Shown here: piece by piece, positions 6,605-16,461 of the stretch
Layout: each line of letters opens with the position of its first letter
Position numbering within the stretch: the stretch's first letter is position 1
Source of the DNA: a virus
Taxonomy: Duplodnaviria > Caudoviricetes
Virus record (IMG/VR): IMGVR_UViG_3300049844_000188
Span: 1-24,212 of that record
Direction: 5' to 3' (one strand)
Length of the DNA: 24,212 bases
Notes under the pieces: model-generated
What the model was told of the DNA's origin: nothing
The model's database searches: none
What the model saw: the letters and a program-made list of their open reading frames with translations, nothing else
Translations under genes and position numbers: made by a program

Positions 6605-7419
6605 ACACACCGTCCAATCCAATCACGCCTCCACCGACCACAGTACGTGAACTGATCAAATCAGTCAGCCCAATAGCAAGACACCTGAAGGTGTCGAAGT
6701 CAGCGGTGTACCGTTGGATAGGGGTTAACAGAGTGCCAGGAGAGCACCTGTTAAAACTGGCTGCACACTATAAGTATGATCCAACGGACTTGCTACACCT
6801 GACTGGGTCGGAAAAGACCAACAACACGAGGGTGGTGTTGAAGCCAAGGAGTGTTCTAGCCACGTTATTGGAAGTGTACAAGGGTGAAAAGACCCTGGAA
6901 GACGCCCTGACAGAGACCGGGCAGACTCGAATATCATTGACACTGATTCAGAAGTGTTGGGGGGACAGGCTACCGACCCTGTACACAACGCTGGAACAGT
7001 TGGACCAATCAAGAATAGGACTTGACGACGCCTGTAAGCGGCTCAATGTAACTAGGTGCACAATGCACGGGATACGCAGGAAGTACGGTTATCAGCCGGG
7101 GCCAGTAAAAGCTAAAGAGAAGCCTGAACGTAAGTCTAACAGAAAGGAGGCATGTAGAGTAGCCGCACTTGACTGTATATCTGGGCGCACAACTATAAGG
7201 CAGGCGGCTGAGCAAGTTTATGTGTGCGAAAGAACACTTATGCGTGCTATAGCTAGGCTTTCAGTGGTAGGTGTAAGCCAACTTAATCAGTTACTAGCTA
7301 TAACTAGATCAGCATACGCTGCAGATATAGCGGAAAACGACGAGGATTATAGCCATTTAACAGCCCTAAAAAGCACTGAAAGCCACTGGTTGCTGTCAAA
7401 AATAAAGGGAAAACAGTGA
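6601..7419 (+). CDS. Multi-HTH DNA-binding protein (272 aa)
   Basis: Cro-like IARHLKVSKSAVYRW plus further HTH-like segments LDDACKRLNVTRCTMH and TIRQAAEQVYVCERTLMR; ATGA overlap with the upstream gene. Confidence 0.75.
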   Translation: MNTPSNPITPPPTTVRELIKSVSPIARHLKVSKSAVYRWIGVNRVPGEHLLKLAAHYKYDPTDLLHLTGSEKTNNTRVVLKPRSVLATLLEVYKGEKTLEDALTETGQTRISLTLIQKCWGDRLPTLYTTLEQLDQSRIGLDDACKRLNVTRCTMHGIRRKYGYQPGPVKAKEKPERKSNRKEACRVAALDCISGRTTIRQAAEQVYVCERTLMRAIARLSVVGVSQLNQLLAITRSAYAADIAENDEDYSHLTALKSTESHWLLSKIKGKQ

Positions 7420-7658
7420 AAACGTTCATTTTTGGGAAGACATTTACGGACGGTGAGCACTATAAACAACGTCAATTTATCACTCAAGCCGACGTAATAA
7501 CTGGATTTGCACCCTTGAAAGAGCAGGCTGGATGCACTTTACATCTTGTAGGGCCGTACTATTTATCGAAGAATTGGCCTGAATTGGAGTTGTTTTTGAT
7601 CCATAACAGGAAAAAACTGGGTATAAACGTGATAAATAGAGAGTGGGACTATGATTGA
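7416..7658 (+). CDS. Hypothetical protein (80 aa)
   Basis: GTGA overlap, AAGGGA RBS. Confidence 0.7.
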   Translation: MKTFIFGKTFTDGEHYKQRQFITQADVITGFAPLKEQAGCTLHLVGPYYLSKNWPELELFLIHNRKKLGINVINREWDYD

Positions 7659-8130
7659 CGAAGCAAAACTGGCGGCATTAAAGACTCAGCAGTCACGCAC
7701 ACATGTCCGTGGGCAGGTGCTTGCACCTGCCCACTTACCAGTGCCGACTCTGCGCGAACAACTGCAGTCTATGTCTGAAAAGGACCTGAGAACGTTACAG
7801 GACCTGCTTAACGAACTATTGCCAGAACAGTCAGTCAAAGAACTGAACCTTGAAGACGAGTTGTTGCAACAGTACACGAAGACAAAGCGGTTAATGGACG
7901 ACGTAATGGATGATATTGACGTTGCCCCTAATCAAAAGGCACAGGTAGCTAACTCAGTTGTGGGCACACTTGGACAACTGGTTAAACTTCAAGAAGACCT
8001 GAAGTTGCAAGAAGCCATGAAATTGATGGAGGCAACGCTTATAGATGTTATAAAGACACTGCCGCAGGATGTGAAGGACGAGTTCTTCTCCGTGTACGAG
8101 GCGCAAGCCAAGAAAGCAGGACTTGCATGA
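7651..8130 (+). CDS. Putative terminase small subunit (159 aa)
   Basis: All-helical, typical size, overlaps the start of TerL; positional call. Confidence 0.6.
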   Translation: MIDEAKLAALKTQQSRTHVRGQVLAPAHLPVPTLREQLQSMSEKDLRTLQDLLNELLPEQSVKELNLEDELLQQYTKTKRLMDDVMDDIDVAPNQKAQVANSVVGTLGQLVKLQEDLKLQEAMKLMEATLIDVIKTLPQDVKDEFFSVYEAQAKKAGLA

Positions 8131-9845
8131 GCATTCAAAAACAAGCATTTAGTGTGCACCTGCAAAGACTTAAAGCAGGAGCGTCACAAGCTACGGCCTT
8201 GAGTGAGACTTCAAGGTGGATTTCGGATAATACGTTTTCTGGAGGCAGACCTTATAGTTATAAGGGTAGAGAATTCCAGAAGAAGATACTTGATAGTTCG
8301 GCTAAAGAAACGGTTATCAGGAAGTGCAGCCAGATAGGCCTGACAGAAGTGTCGACTAGGCGAGCGTTAGCCCTGTGTGGGATGATCAAGAAGTTTACAA
8401 CCATCTATACCCTGCCAACGGCCACATTGTCAGTTATTATTGCAAAGACGCGAATTAACCCGATCATTAAGGATTCGCCGTATCTAAGTTCGATAATGAA
8501 CGGCTCTGACAACGTCGACGTTAAAGAGTTCGACAACAACTCATTCCTCTATTTGAGGGGTGCGGCGTCAAGCAATGCTCCTATCAGTATTCCAGCAGAC
8601 TTTCTAGTGCACGATGAACTAGACTTCAGCGACGGCCTTGTCATCAGCCAATACCACTCACGTCTCACGGCTTCGCCATATAAGATGAAAATGAAGCTAT
8701 CAACGCCCACGCTACCAGGTAAAGGCATTGACTACGAGTTTAGCCGTTCAAGACGCCACTTTAACTTTGTGAAGTGTGACCATTGCGGACACCAGTTCAT
8801 ACCCCATTACTATGACCACGTCAAAATCCCAGGCTTTACAGGGGACTTGATGGAGATAACGAAGAAGAATATCCACACTATCAACTATAATGACGCTTAT
8901 GTGGAATGCCCAAGGTGCAGGAAAGCACCTGATCTGGGCATTAACCATAGAGAGTGGGTGTGTGAGAACCAGGAAGATAACCATGTAGCAGAAGGGTTCC
9001 AAGTGAGCCCGTTTGACGCGCCAACGATCATTACGCCTGGCTATCTAGTGGAATCGTCAACTGTCTATCAAAACGTGGCTGAATTCGTAAACTTTAACTT
9101 AGGCTTGCCGTTCTTCTCTAAAGAGAGCGTACTCTCACCAGACGAGATACGTGGGACTATAATCCCAAACAGACTTGATGGAGCCAGATACTGTGTCATG
9201 GGCGTCGACTTTGGCAAAACATGTCACGTAGTCGTAGCCAACTGCTCTTACGACGGCTCTATGCAGGTAGTGCACAGAGAGGCAGTACCACTTGCGAATT
9301 TGAAGATGCGCTACAAAGAGTTGCGGGTGCAATTTAGGGTGCGGACAACTGTAATGGACTCGCTACCCTACACAGATATGGTCATGGCCCTACAATCTCA
9401 AGACAGGAACTCATGGGCCTGCGTGTATACACAATCCAAAGGAACGACCCTGTACACGATTCATAAGAAAGAGGACGAGGACAATACCGGGGAACAGGAA
9501 CAGAGGCAACTTAACGTGGCCAGAGACAGAACCTTTGACTCGCTCATGTCCTATATTCGCTCCGGTGACTTTTCAATATGGCAAGGAACCAGAGAACTGG
9601 ATGAAGAGTTCATAACGCACTGCACGGACATGAGAAGGGTCAAGGACTGGAACATGAAAACGCAGACCATTGAGTTCAGGTGGCTGAAGTCTGAAGAGGG
9701 CAATGACCACTATTGGTTTGCGCTTAGTTTTGCATACCTCGCAAAGTTCATTATAGGCCAAACAACTGGGGAAGGTGGCGGAACCCTGACTATGTTGAGT
9801 TCTTTTAAAGTGACACAGCGCAAATCTCTAAGCAGTGTAGCATGA
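8127..9845 (+). CDS. terL: Terminase large subunit, lambda GpA-like
   Basis: KCSQIGLTE Walker A variant, FLVHDELD Walker B, STPT coupling motif, two CxxC pairs, RNase H-like VMGVDFGK. Confidence 0.93.
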   Translation: MSIQKQAFSVHLQRLKAGASQATALSETSRWISDNTFSGGRPYSYKGREFQKKILDSSAKETVIRKCSQIGLTEVSTRRALALCGMIKKFTTIYTLPTATLSVIIAKTRINPIIKDSPYLSSIMNGSDNVDVKEFDNNSFLYLRGAASSNAPISIPADFLVHDELDFSDGLVISQYHSRLTASPYKMKMKLSTPTLPGKGIDYEFSRSRRHFNFVKCDHCGHQFIPHYYDHVKIPGFTGDLMEITKKNIHTINYNDAYVECPRCRKAPDLGINHREWVCENQEDNHVAEGFQVSPFDAPTIITPGYLVESSTVYQNVAEFVNFNLGLPFFSKESVLSPDEIRGTIIPNRLDGARYCVMGVDFGKTCHVVVANCSYDGSMQVVHREAVPLANLKMRYKELRVQFRVRTTVMDSLPYTDMVMALQSQDRNSWACVYTQSKGTTLYTIHKKEDEDNTGEQEQRQLNVARDRTFDSLMSYIRSGDFSIWQGTRELDEEFITHCTDMRRVKDWNMKTQTIEFRWLKSEEGNDHYWFALSFAYLAKFIIGQTTGEGGGTLTMLSSFKVTQRKSLSSVA

Positions 9846-9927
9846 CACGTACTGGGTGCTGTGTAGTTGGCATTTTAATAGCCCATGCCTATTGTTTGAG
9901 CACCACCTGATAGCGTACAATTCGTGC

Positions 9928-10330
9928 ATGAAGTCAATTCGATCTCTGATACACTTTCTGCTACTGATAGGGTGTTTTGCTGCCTTTTCAATTGCGAGTA
10001 CGGCTGGGGCAGTTCTAGCGTGGTTAGCGATTCTCGCTAGAAAAGTCCACCCTCAAGCGACAGTTGGTAACTGTTGGACACACGCACTGCCAAATTGGTG
10101 GGTGTACGGCGGGTATCTGGCCATGAGATCGGCAGACGGTCAGAAGTTCTTGGGCATCTTTCCGGTCATGCACGTTATTTGGGTAAAGTCCCTGCCAAGG
10201 GAAAACAGGCCTTGAGCAGTACGTGCCAATTAAACGTCATACCAGTGCTATCTTGCCGTGGTACACAGTTGCGTATAGGGGCGTTGTGCGTAAAGTAGAA
10301 GCTCCGCACAATGCTAGATTAGAAGGATAA
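9928..10330 (+). pseudogene. Membrane-anchored hypothetical gene apparently split by a +1 frameshift near 10199-10205
   Basis: Frame 0 stops at 10215; the +1 frame continues TGLEQYVPIKRHTSAILPWYTVAYRGVVRKVEAPHNARLEG to TAA 10330, 2 nt before the portal ATG. Confidence 0.55.
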
Positions 10331-10332
10331 GT

Positions 10333-11841
10333 ATGTTCGATGACATCAACGGTGTCGTAGAGTTCTTTAGTGCGACCCAACTCCCCGCTGTAGCCCCGCC
10401 CAAGGTAAGGCCTGGGTCCTTGACGTATCCAAGCTACTTGAGGACTACGACGCCGTCGACCAGCGTGTTGCCTCAAACAGATAGGCGATTGGCGAGCACG
10501 GACACAACGACTCTGCGATATGGTAATAGCACTAACGAAATCATTCGCAGTTTTGTGGCGTCGTCACCGGACTTGTCCGCCGCAGTATGGGCATACGCCC
10601 GCCTTGGCATTCCACAAAAGTGGACCGCAGTCGCAAAGAACCCAGACAACACGTTCAACAGAGAAGCCACCCTGCTTGTACAGCAACTGGCCACTCGCTT
10701 CGACCTACTCCCTGACTATGTCACGGACGGCTTCACTGGCCCACAATCCATCAGGGCCACGTCGGAGTCGTTGGCACGGGAGATTATGCAGTACGGGAGT
10801 TGCGCCGGAGAAGTGGTCCTCGGCAAAGACAGGCTTCCGAAGCGGATTCAGCCCATCAGCACGACACAGATCAAGTTTGTTGCCGACCCTGACAAAACCC
10901 TGATTCCGTACCAATATGTGGGCAGTGAGAAAATCAATCTCGATTACCCAACCTTTATCTATGTGTCATTGGACCAGGACCTGCTTGAGCCCTACTCATC
11001 GAGCCCTATCGAGAGCGCGATAAAGCCAGTGATCTACTCGGAGCAGTTCTCTAACGACATCACAAGGATCGTGGGCAAGGTCATTCACCCGCGGCAAAAG
11101 GTGAGGATCAATGAAGAGAGGGTTAGGAAGTTCCTCAGCCCTGAAGCACAAGTTGACAACGACAAAGCCAACGCAGAACTGAACGTGATCACGTCCAGTA
11201 TTGAGCAGAAGATTAACTCTCTGGCCCCTGAAGATGCCCTGGTTTATCTCGATTCACTGGAATTTGAAGTAGAGAATGCCAGCAACGCAGGCCTGTCCGC
11301 TGAATACGAAGTGCTACAGGACATGGCCAACGCCCGCCTAAGCACTGGCAGCAAGACCAACGGCACGGTATTGGGCTTTGCCAGCGGAAGCAGCAACATC
11401 GCGTCCAGCGAGATTATGCTGTTCATGAAGAGTTGCACAGGAGCGGTCAAAGCCCCGGTCGAGGAGTTCTGGAGTCGTGCATTCACCCTGTCGGCCCGCC
11501 TGTTTGGCTTTGACGTGGTCGTTGAGTTCAAGTTTGCCTCAATCGACTTGAGGCCCGACAACGAACTGTTGGCCTTCAAACAGACAGAGCAAATGATCGT
11601 GCTGGAACAGTTGAGTTTGGGCATGATCTCAGACGATGAAGCGTGCCTGCAATTGACAGGTAAGCTGGCACCACCAGGCATGAAGCCTCTGTCAGGCACA
11701 ATGTTCAAGAGTGCAACGGCTGCGCCAGCAGTTGCAGAGCCTAGCAACAGCGGGTCTACATTGAACCAGAACCTGAAACCGACGACGCCGACGACTGGCA
11801 GGGGGCAGAACAAGAAGGCTGAAGCGGGTGACCTTCTATAG
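10333..11841 (+). CDS. Portal protein (502 aa)
   Basis: Size, position after TerL, AAGGA RBS, low-complexity C-terminal tail. Confidence 0.85.
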   Translation: MFDDINGVVEFFSATQLPAVAPPKVRPGSLTYPSYLRTTTPSTSVLPQTDRRLASTDTTTLRYGNSTNEIIRSFVASSPDLSAAVWAYARLGIPQKWTAVAKNPDNTFNREATLLVQQLATRFDLLPDYVTDGFTGPQSIRATSESLAREIMQYGSCAGEVVLGKDRLPKRIQPISTTQIKFVADPDKTLIPYQYVGSEKINLDYPTFIYVSLDQDLLEPYSSSPIESAIKPVIYSEQFSNDITRIVGKVIHPRQKVRINEERVRKFLSPEAQVDNDKANAELNVITSSIEQKINSLAPEDALVYLDSLEFEVENASNAGLSAEYEVLQDMANARLSTGSKTNGTVLGFASGSSNIASSEIMLFMKSCTGAVKAPVEEFWSRAFTLSARLFGFDVVVEFKFASIDLRPDNELLAFKQTEQMIVLEQLSLGMISDDEACLQLTGKLAPPGMKPLSGTMFKSATAAPAVAEPSNSGSTLNQNLKPTTPTTGRGQNKKAEAGDLL

Positions 11842-11940
11842 CCTACGCAATGTTTTCACAGCTTGTTTATAGTTTCGCGCTATAATGAGAACTGTGAAAA
11901 GTTGCCAGAAATGGCAGCAGCATAAGAATTTGGAGATGGC

Positions 11941-12327
11941 ATGGTTCAGCCCACAGACCGCAGGCGTGACGACCAGCACTTGACGGTGTTGAACACGATT
12001 CTGCAGCAACTCGGGGAAATGCACAACAAAGTTGAACGCATGTCAGAACTGGAACCGGCCCTCAAAAACCACATCGAGGAAGAGGAAAAGTTCCAACAAG
12101 AGTTGAGGACCATGGCCCTTGAGGCCTTCCCTGGCGGAGACATGGTCCTGCACAGAATGGAGCACGAGGCTGCAAGAGAGCGAGCCAAGTTGTGTAAGGC
12201 GTTTTGGCAGAGTTTGTTGGCTAAGCTAGGTGAGAAATCAATATTCGCCATATTAGCTGTAGCGGGCCTTATTATCATGTACTGGTGGAACGGACACATC
12301 CCCAGCAGTGGTGCGCTTATTAAATAG
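11941..12327 (+). CDS. Membrane protein, possibly holin-like (128 aa)
   Basis: N-terminal DRRR, coiled coil, FPGGD..HR.EHEA, single C-terminal TM segment; GGAG RBS; TATAAT at 11881. Confidence 0.55.
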   Translation: MVQPTDRRRDDQHLTVLNTILQQLGEMHNKVERMSELEPALKNHIEEEEKFQQELRTMALEAFPGGDMVLHRMEHEAARERAKLCKAFWQSLLAKLGEKSIFAILAVAGLIIMYWWNGHIPSSGALIK

Positions 12328-12492
12328 ATGGATACGAAGCCTTCTACGTTTGACGAAGAAGCGTACAAGAAGGGCCTGCTCGGCCCAGTGATCAGGTTTG
12401 GAAAAACAGTCAGCAGCCAATACAAGGGCTGGACTCAGAAGCAGTACCAAAAAGAGACGCCGGATGACGGCCTTAATTTAAAGACAAGTTAG
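12328..12492 (+). CDS. Hypothetical protein (54 aa, MDTKPSTFDEEAYKKGLLGPVIRFGK...)
   Basis: Manual translation; starts directly after the previous stop and fills the gap; weak RBS. Confidence 0.5.
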   Translation: MDTKPSTFDEEAYKKGLLGPVIRFGKTVSSQYKGWTQKQYQKETPDDGLNLKTS

Positions 12493-12502
12493 GAGATTCA
12501 CA

Positions 12503-12970
12503 ATGGCTACAGGCGACATCAAATGGTTTCCGGCGGCACTGCTGGACCTTGGCAATAAAATCCACAATCTGAGTTCCGACACGCTGAACCTTGGTATTGT
12601 GACTACAGCGACAGTACCGGCACTGAGCACCGCTGCTCCGCACTGGGGTGGTACGGGCACTACCAACTTTGCAACTAACCAAGTTGGCACTGGTGGCGGA
12701 TACACAGGCCCAATCACACTTGCGTCAGTCACGTGGACTAATGTGTCTAATGTGCCGACTCTGCGAGCAACTGACGTAGTCATTCCACAGAACGGTAGCG
12801 GCTTCAGTAACGGGGCCTACGGCATCATCTACAACAACACTGATGCCAATAAGCGTGCTTTGGGTTGGATTGAACTGAGTTCTGGAGGTACGGCCAGTAT
12901 TGTCTCAGGCAGCCTCACTATCGACTTCCAGGGTGGCGGAACTGATATTCTGAAGATCACGCAAAGTTAA
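12503..12970 (+). CDS. Putative virion structural protein (155 aa, Gly/Thr-rich beta protein)
   Basis: AGGAG RBS; composition typical of fibre/appendage subunits. Confidence 0.65.
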   Translation: MATGDIKWFPAALLDLGNKIHNLSSDTLNLGIVTTATVPALSTAAPHWGGTGTTNFATNQVGTGGGYTGPITLASVTWTNVSNVPTLRATDVVIPQNGSGFSNGAYGIIYNNTDANKRALGWIELSSGGTASIVSGSLTIDFQGGGTDILKITQS

Positions 12971-12980
12971 GGAGCACACC

Positions 12981-13454
12981 ATGGGCCTCAATACCGAACA
13001 ACTGCAAGCGCTCAAAACCGTCGCGCTTGCAGATCAGATCGCCGCCGACTTTATTGCCAGTGCGCAAGATCAGGAGTTGGCGAACTGGTTCAACTTCAAT
13101 GCTGGCACGTTCTACGCATGGCGGTCGAGCCTTCGCCCAGATCAAAGCCGGAATGCGGTGATGGTGGGAGCAACGCAGCTCGATGCTCTGACAGCCGGCA
13201 AGCGTGATTCGCTGTTCTGGATTTTGTCCGAGGTAATCGACTGCCGCGACGCCAATGTACGGGCCGCGCTTGACGATCTGTGCGGCACGCAGAATACACT
13301 GAAGAACGCCATCATCGCCGCCACAAAGCGCACCTGCACGCGCGCAGAGCAGGCGTTGAAGATCGCCGGCACGGGTACGTCGGCAGCACCGGCTACGCTT
13401 GGCTACGAGGGCTTCCTGTCGGCTGGCGACGCATCAGGAGTGAGGGTAGCATGA
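12981..13454 (+). CDS. Hypothetical protein (157 aa)
   Basis: AAGGAG RBS; operon packing. Confidence 0.8.
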   Translation: MGLNTEQLQALKTVALADQIAADFIASAQDQELANWFNFNAGTFYAWRSSLRPDQSRNAVMVGATQLDALTAGKRDSLFWILSEVIDCRDANVRAALDDLCGTQNTLKNAIIAATKRTCTRAEQALKIAGTGTSAAPATLGYEGFLSAGDASGVRVA

Positions 13455-13957
13455 CCTATTTGCGAGACCTCCAGGCAGAGATTCTGTCTGGTCCGCGTGC
13501 TGCCGATTGTGCGCAGTACGTCAATGACGGAACCGACCAATCACGCAAACATACGGCCCGAGAGGACGATGCGGCTATTGCAGCGATTCTCAGCGAAGGG
13601 CGGACAAAGGTCGTCTCGAAGTTGATCGGTGACAGCGACGTAGCGGTGGCTCTCGGCATTCCAGCCGGCCCACTATTCCTGTACCGCCTGGAATCGCTGG
13701 CCACAACGCCACCGTCGTCAGAAGCGACCGAACAACAGGTGGTCGCGCACGCTGTTGCGCGGCAGGCGTGGCGCTCGCTCGAAAGGGGCCTATTCAACAT
13801 GGGAGATTCGTCTGTACGGGCGGCAATCGACGCTTTTGTCGGAACGCTCCTGACTGCTGAAGAAGCTGTCGCCGTGAAGGCAATGGCGGAAGTTTCGGCG
13901 CCGATAAGTGCCGCCGATGTCAGCAACGCAATGCGTGGCCCTTGGGGAGATGAATAA
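13451..13957 (+). CDS. Hypothetical protein (168 aa)
   Basis: ATGA overlap at 13451 with GAGGG RBS; the ORF track's 13280 start overlaps the previous gene. Confidence 0.75.
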   Translation: MTYLRDLQAEILSGPRAADCAQYVNDGTDQSRKHTAREDDAAIAAILSEGRTKVVSKLIGDSDVAVALGIPAGPLFLYRLESLATTPPSSEATEQQVVAHAVARQAWRSLERGLFNMGDSSVRAAIDAFVGTLLTAEEAVAVKAMAEVSAPISAADVSNAMRGPWGDE

Positions 13958-14385
13958 TGGCATCATCAATCAATGAACAGCAGGTGCTCTGGTCATCTGC
14001 ATCAAGCATTTCTCTCAACTCTGCGTCTCGATTCGATAGCGATGCCATCTCGCTTAACATCGAGGATTGGGATGGAGCGCTGCAGGTGTCTGCCGACAAC
14101 TCTGGTACTCCGGCGTCTGGCGATACCGTCGATGTTTATGTGAAATGGACGACTGGTGATGTGCTTGGCGACTCGTCGGACGACTACGATACGGATGAAC
14201 ACGCCGAATTTGTCTGCCGGCTCGACACGTTTTCAACCAACACTCCGGGCGAAGACCCGGCGCGCAAGACAGTGACCATCGACGTTAGTGGTAAAAAGGG
14301 CCTGAAGATCTGTGCGGTCGCAGCACAGGGTGCTTCTCGCGCAATTACCCTCCGCGCACGCCTTGTTACACATCGCCCACAGTAA
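13957..14385 (+). CDS. Putative structural beta-sandwich protein (142 aa)
   Basis: TAATG overlap; beta-strand-rich sequence. Confidence 0.7.
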   Translation: MASSINEQQVLWSSASSISLNSASRFDSDAISLNIEDWDGALQVSADNSGTPASGDTVDVYVKWTTGDVLGDSSDDYDTDEHAEFVCRLDTFSTNTPGEDPARKTVTIDVSGKKGLKICAVAAQGASRAITLRARLVTHRPQ

Positions 14386-14391
14386 GTCGCA

Positions 14392-16161
14392 ATGATCATC
14401 GTTCCGAAACGAGAGATATGGACTAGGCAGCCCCAAATCGGGCTTGATGAAAGTGATCTAGCTCCAGGCCGTATCTGGGCGTGTGTATCTGTTGGTGCAT
14501 ATCAAAAAGCGTTTGGAACAGCAAAGCCCGTTGAAACTCAAGTAGGATCAGGCGCTGCTGCCGGTATTGGTCAAGGAGGGAAGTGCCTTAACATTTCTAC
14601 CGTTGGCGATTATTTGTCATACGGCGCAAATGACGGAATGCAGCTTTCGGCGTCGTCAGGCATTATTGTATTTGACGCTCCAGCAGGAGCCTTTACCTTA
14701 TTCACGACTAGCTATAGCGCCAATGGTGGAGATGGAAAAGGATTTTGCATACTCATAACGTCTGCCGGGCACGTAGAGGTAACAAAGCAAGATCACGCAT
14801 ACATCATTAATGTTAATAATCTTTTCACGGCAGATAAGCTACACAAACTTGCTTGGAGTTACAACAATGTAACAGGTAGCGCTAGGTTGGCTTTTGATGG
14901 AAATTTATATAAAGCAACGAGTGCTCAAACACTGACTCACAGCACCGTTGCGAGAGGCAGATATTATGACTCTAGTACGGCAATTGCTAACCAGCATAAA
15001 CAATACCTGTTCGCATTATCTCCAGACACATCAATATCAGACGCGGAACTCGTTAGAAACTCAATAAACCCGTGGGAAATTTTCAAAAAGCGCAGTCGCA
15101 AGATATTTTTGTCGGGTGTTGGTGGAGGTGGGGCTACTACAGTTACGGGCATAACTGGAAATGCAGTAGCAGAAGGCGTAGCAGCTAAAACAAACCTGTC
15201 AGTGGTAACTACTCCGGCCAATGCAGTAGCAGAAGGCGTAGCAGCTAAAACAAACCTGTCAGTGGCAACTACTCTGGCCAATGCAGTGGCAGAGGGCTTA
15301 GCAGCTAGAACAAACCTATCACTGGTAACTACTCCGGCTAATGCGGTAGCTTCTGGAGTTACCGCACAATCAGCAGCGGATATAGTGGTGCAAGCCACTG
15401 TGGCCAATGCAGTAGCAGAAGGCGCAGCAGCTAGGACAAACCTGTCACTGGCAACTACTCCGGCCAATGCAGTGGCAGACGGAGTAGCAGCGAGAACAAA
15501 CAGAACACTTATAACTACTGCAGCTAATGCAGTAGCAGAAGGGGTCGCAGCTAAAACAAACTTTGCCCTGGTAACTACTCCGGCTAATGCAGTAGCTGCT
15601 GGAGTTCAGGCATCACTTGACGGTTCGGCCAGAGTAACTACAACACCTGCCGATGCAGTGGGTGCTGGCACAACTGCCAACGTATCACTGACGCTAATTA
15701 CTAGCACAGGTTCAGCAATTGCAGAAGGCGTTACTGCTTCACTTAACACTGCTATTACGGTAACATGCACGCCTGCTGATGCAGTGGCTTCAGGCACTAC
15801 AGCGCAAGTAAATCAGGCCATAAATTGTGCAGCAGCGTCTGCAGCAGCAGAAGGTGTAACGGCCTCTTTGGTGGTTGGCGGCATTGATATTACGATCACT
15901 GCCACTGCCGGAGACGCTGTAGCGGAGGGCGTAGCAGCCGATGTAGTCACGATGGTGACGCTGGTTACCACGCCAGCAAATGCAGTCGCTGATGGTGTCT
16001 CGTCAAGTGTGTCTGGCCCAAGCTATGTCACATGTTCTGTGGCCAACGGTGTAGCTTCAGGCACTATGTGCCTCATCACTGTAAATGTGCCATTCGAGGC
16101 AGAAGTAGTGAACTTGAGGTCAGCTTTAACAAAACGTGTCAGCCTGCGGTCTGCGCTATAG
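14392..16161 (+). CDS. Putative fibre/adhesin: lectin (LamG/ConA-like) N-terminal domain plus ~15 Ala/Thr/Val-rich 20-22-aa repeats
   Basis: HKLAWSYN...ARLAFDG and ISDAEL...NPW resemble LamG signatures; GVGGGG linker; NAVAEGVAAKTNLSVVTTPA repeats. Confidence 0.65.
   Translation: MIIVPKREIWTRQPQIGLDESDLAPGRIWACVSVGAYQKAFGTAKPVETQVGSGAAAGIGQGGKCLNISTVGDYLSYGANDGMQLSASSGIIVFDAPAGAFTLFTTSYSANGGDGKGFCILITSAGHVEVTKQDHAYIINVNNLFTADKLHKLAWSYNNVTGSARLAFDGNLYKATSAQTLTHSTVARGRYYDSSTAIANQHKQYLFALSPDTSISDAELVRNSINPWEIFKKRSRKIFLSGVGGGGATTVTGITGNAVAEGVAAKTNLSVVTTPANAVAEGVAAKTNLSVATTLANAVAEGLAARTNLSLVTTPANAVASGVTAQSAADIVVQATVANAVAEGAAARTNLSLATTPANAVADGVAARTNRTLITTAANAVAEGVAAKTNFALVTTPANAVAAGVQASLDGSARVTTTPADAVGAGTTANVSLTLITSTGSAIAEGVTASLNTAITVTCTPADAVASGTTAQVNQAINCAAASAAAEGVTASLVVGGIDITITATAGDAVAEGVAADVVTMVTLVTTPANAVADGVSSSVSGPSYVTCSVANGVASGTMCLITVNVPFEAEVVNLRSALTKRVSLRSAL
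15160..16065 (+). repeat. Coding 60-66 bp tandem repeats
   Basis: Units begin at 15160, 15220, 15280, 15340, 15406, 15466, 15526 and 15586, then diverge. Confidence 0.9.
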
Positions 16162-16169
16162 GATAACAA

Positions 16170-16448
16170 ATGACTACTGTATATACCGGAGACGTGGGCA
16201 CTGAGATAATCCTTGACTGTATAGAGGATATTACTGCGTCTACTGTACGGACCATCAAAGTTCGCAAGTCCAATGGCGTTAAAACTACATGGACAGCGGC
16301 ACTCGAAGGAACGACGCAGATTAAGTACGTCATCCTGGCAGGAGACCTTGACGTTGTAGGTGACTGGACTCTACAGGCATACATAGAAATGACTGGTTGG
16401 AAAGGCAGTGGCGAACTCGTCACACTCAGGGTTAACAGGCCCATATAA
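16170..16448 (+). CDS. Small beta-rich adaptor, BppU-N-like (92 aa)
   Basis: GDVGT...YV..AGDLD.VG.W.LQAYIE pattern; AGGA RBS. Confidence 0.6.
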   Translation: MTTVYTGDVGTEIILDCIEDITASTVRTIKVRKSNGVKTTWTAALEGTTQIKYVILAGDLDVVGDWTLQAYIEMTGWKGSGELVTLRVNRPI

Positions 16449-16461
16449 TTGGAGAAACACT

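Noticed and set aside
14392-16161. Diversity-generating retroelement target
   Set aside because: No reverse transcriptase or adenine-specific TR/VR pair seen in the window.
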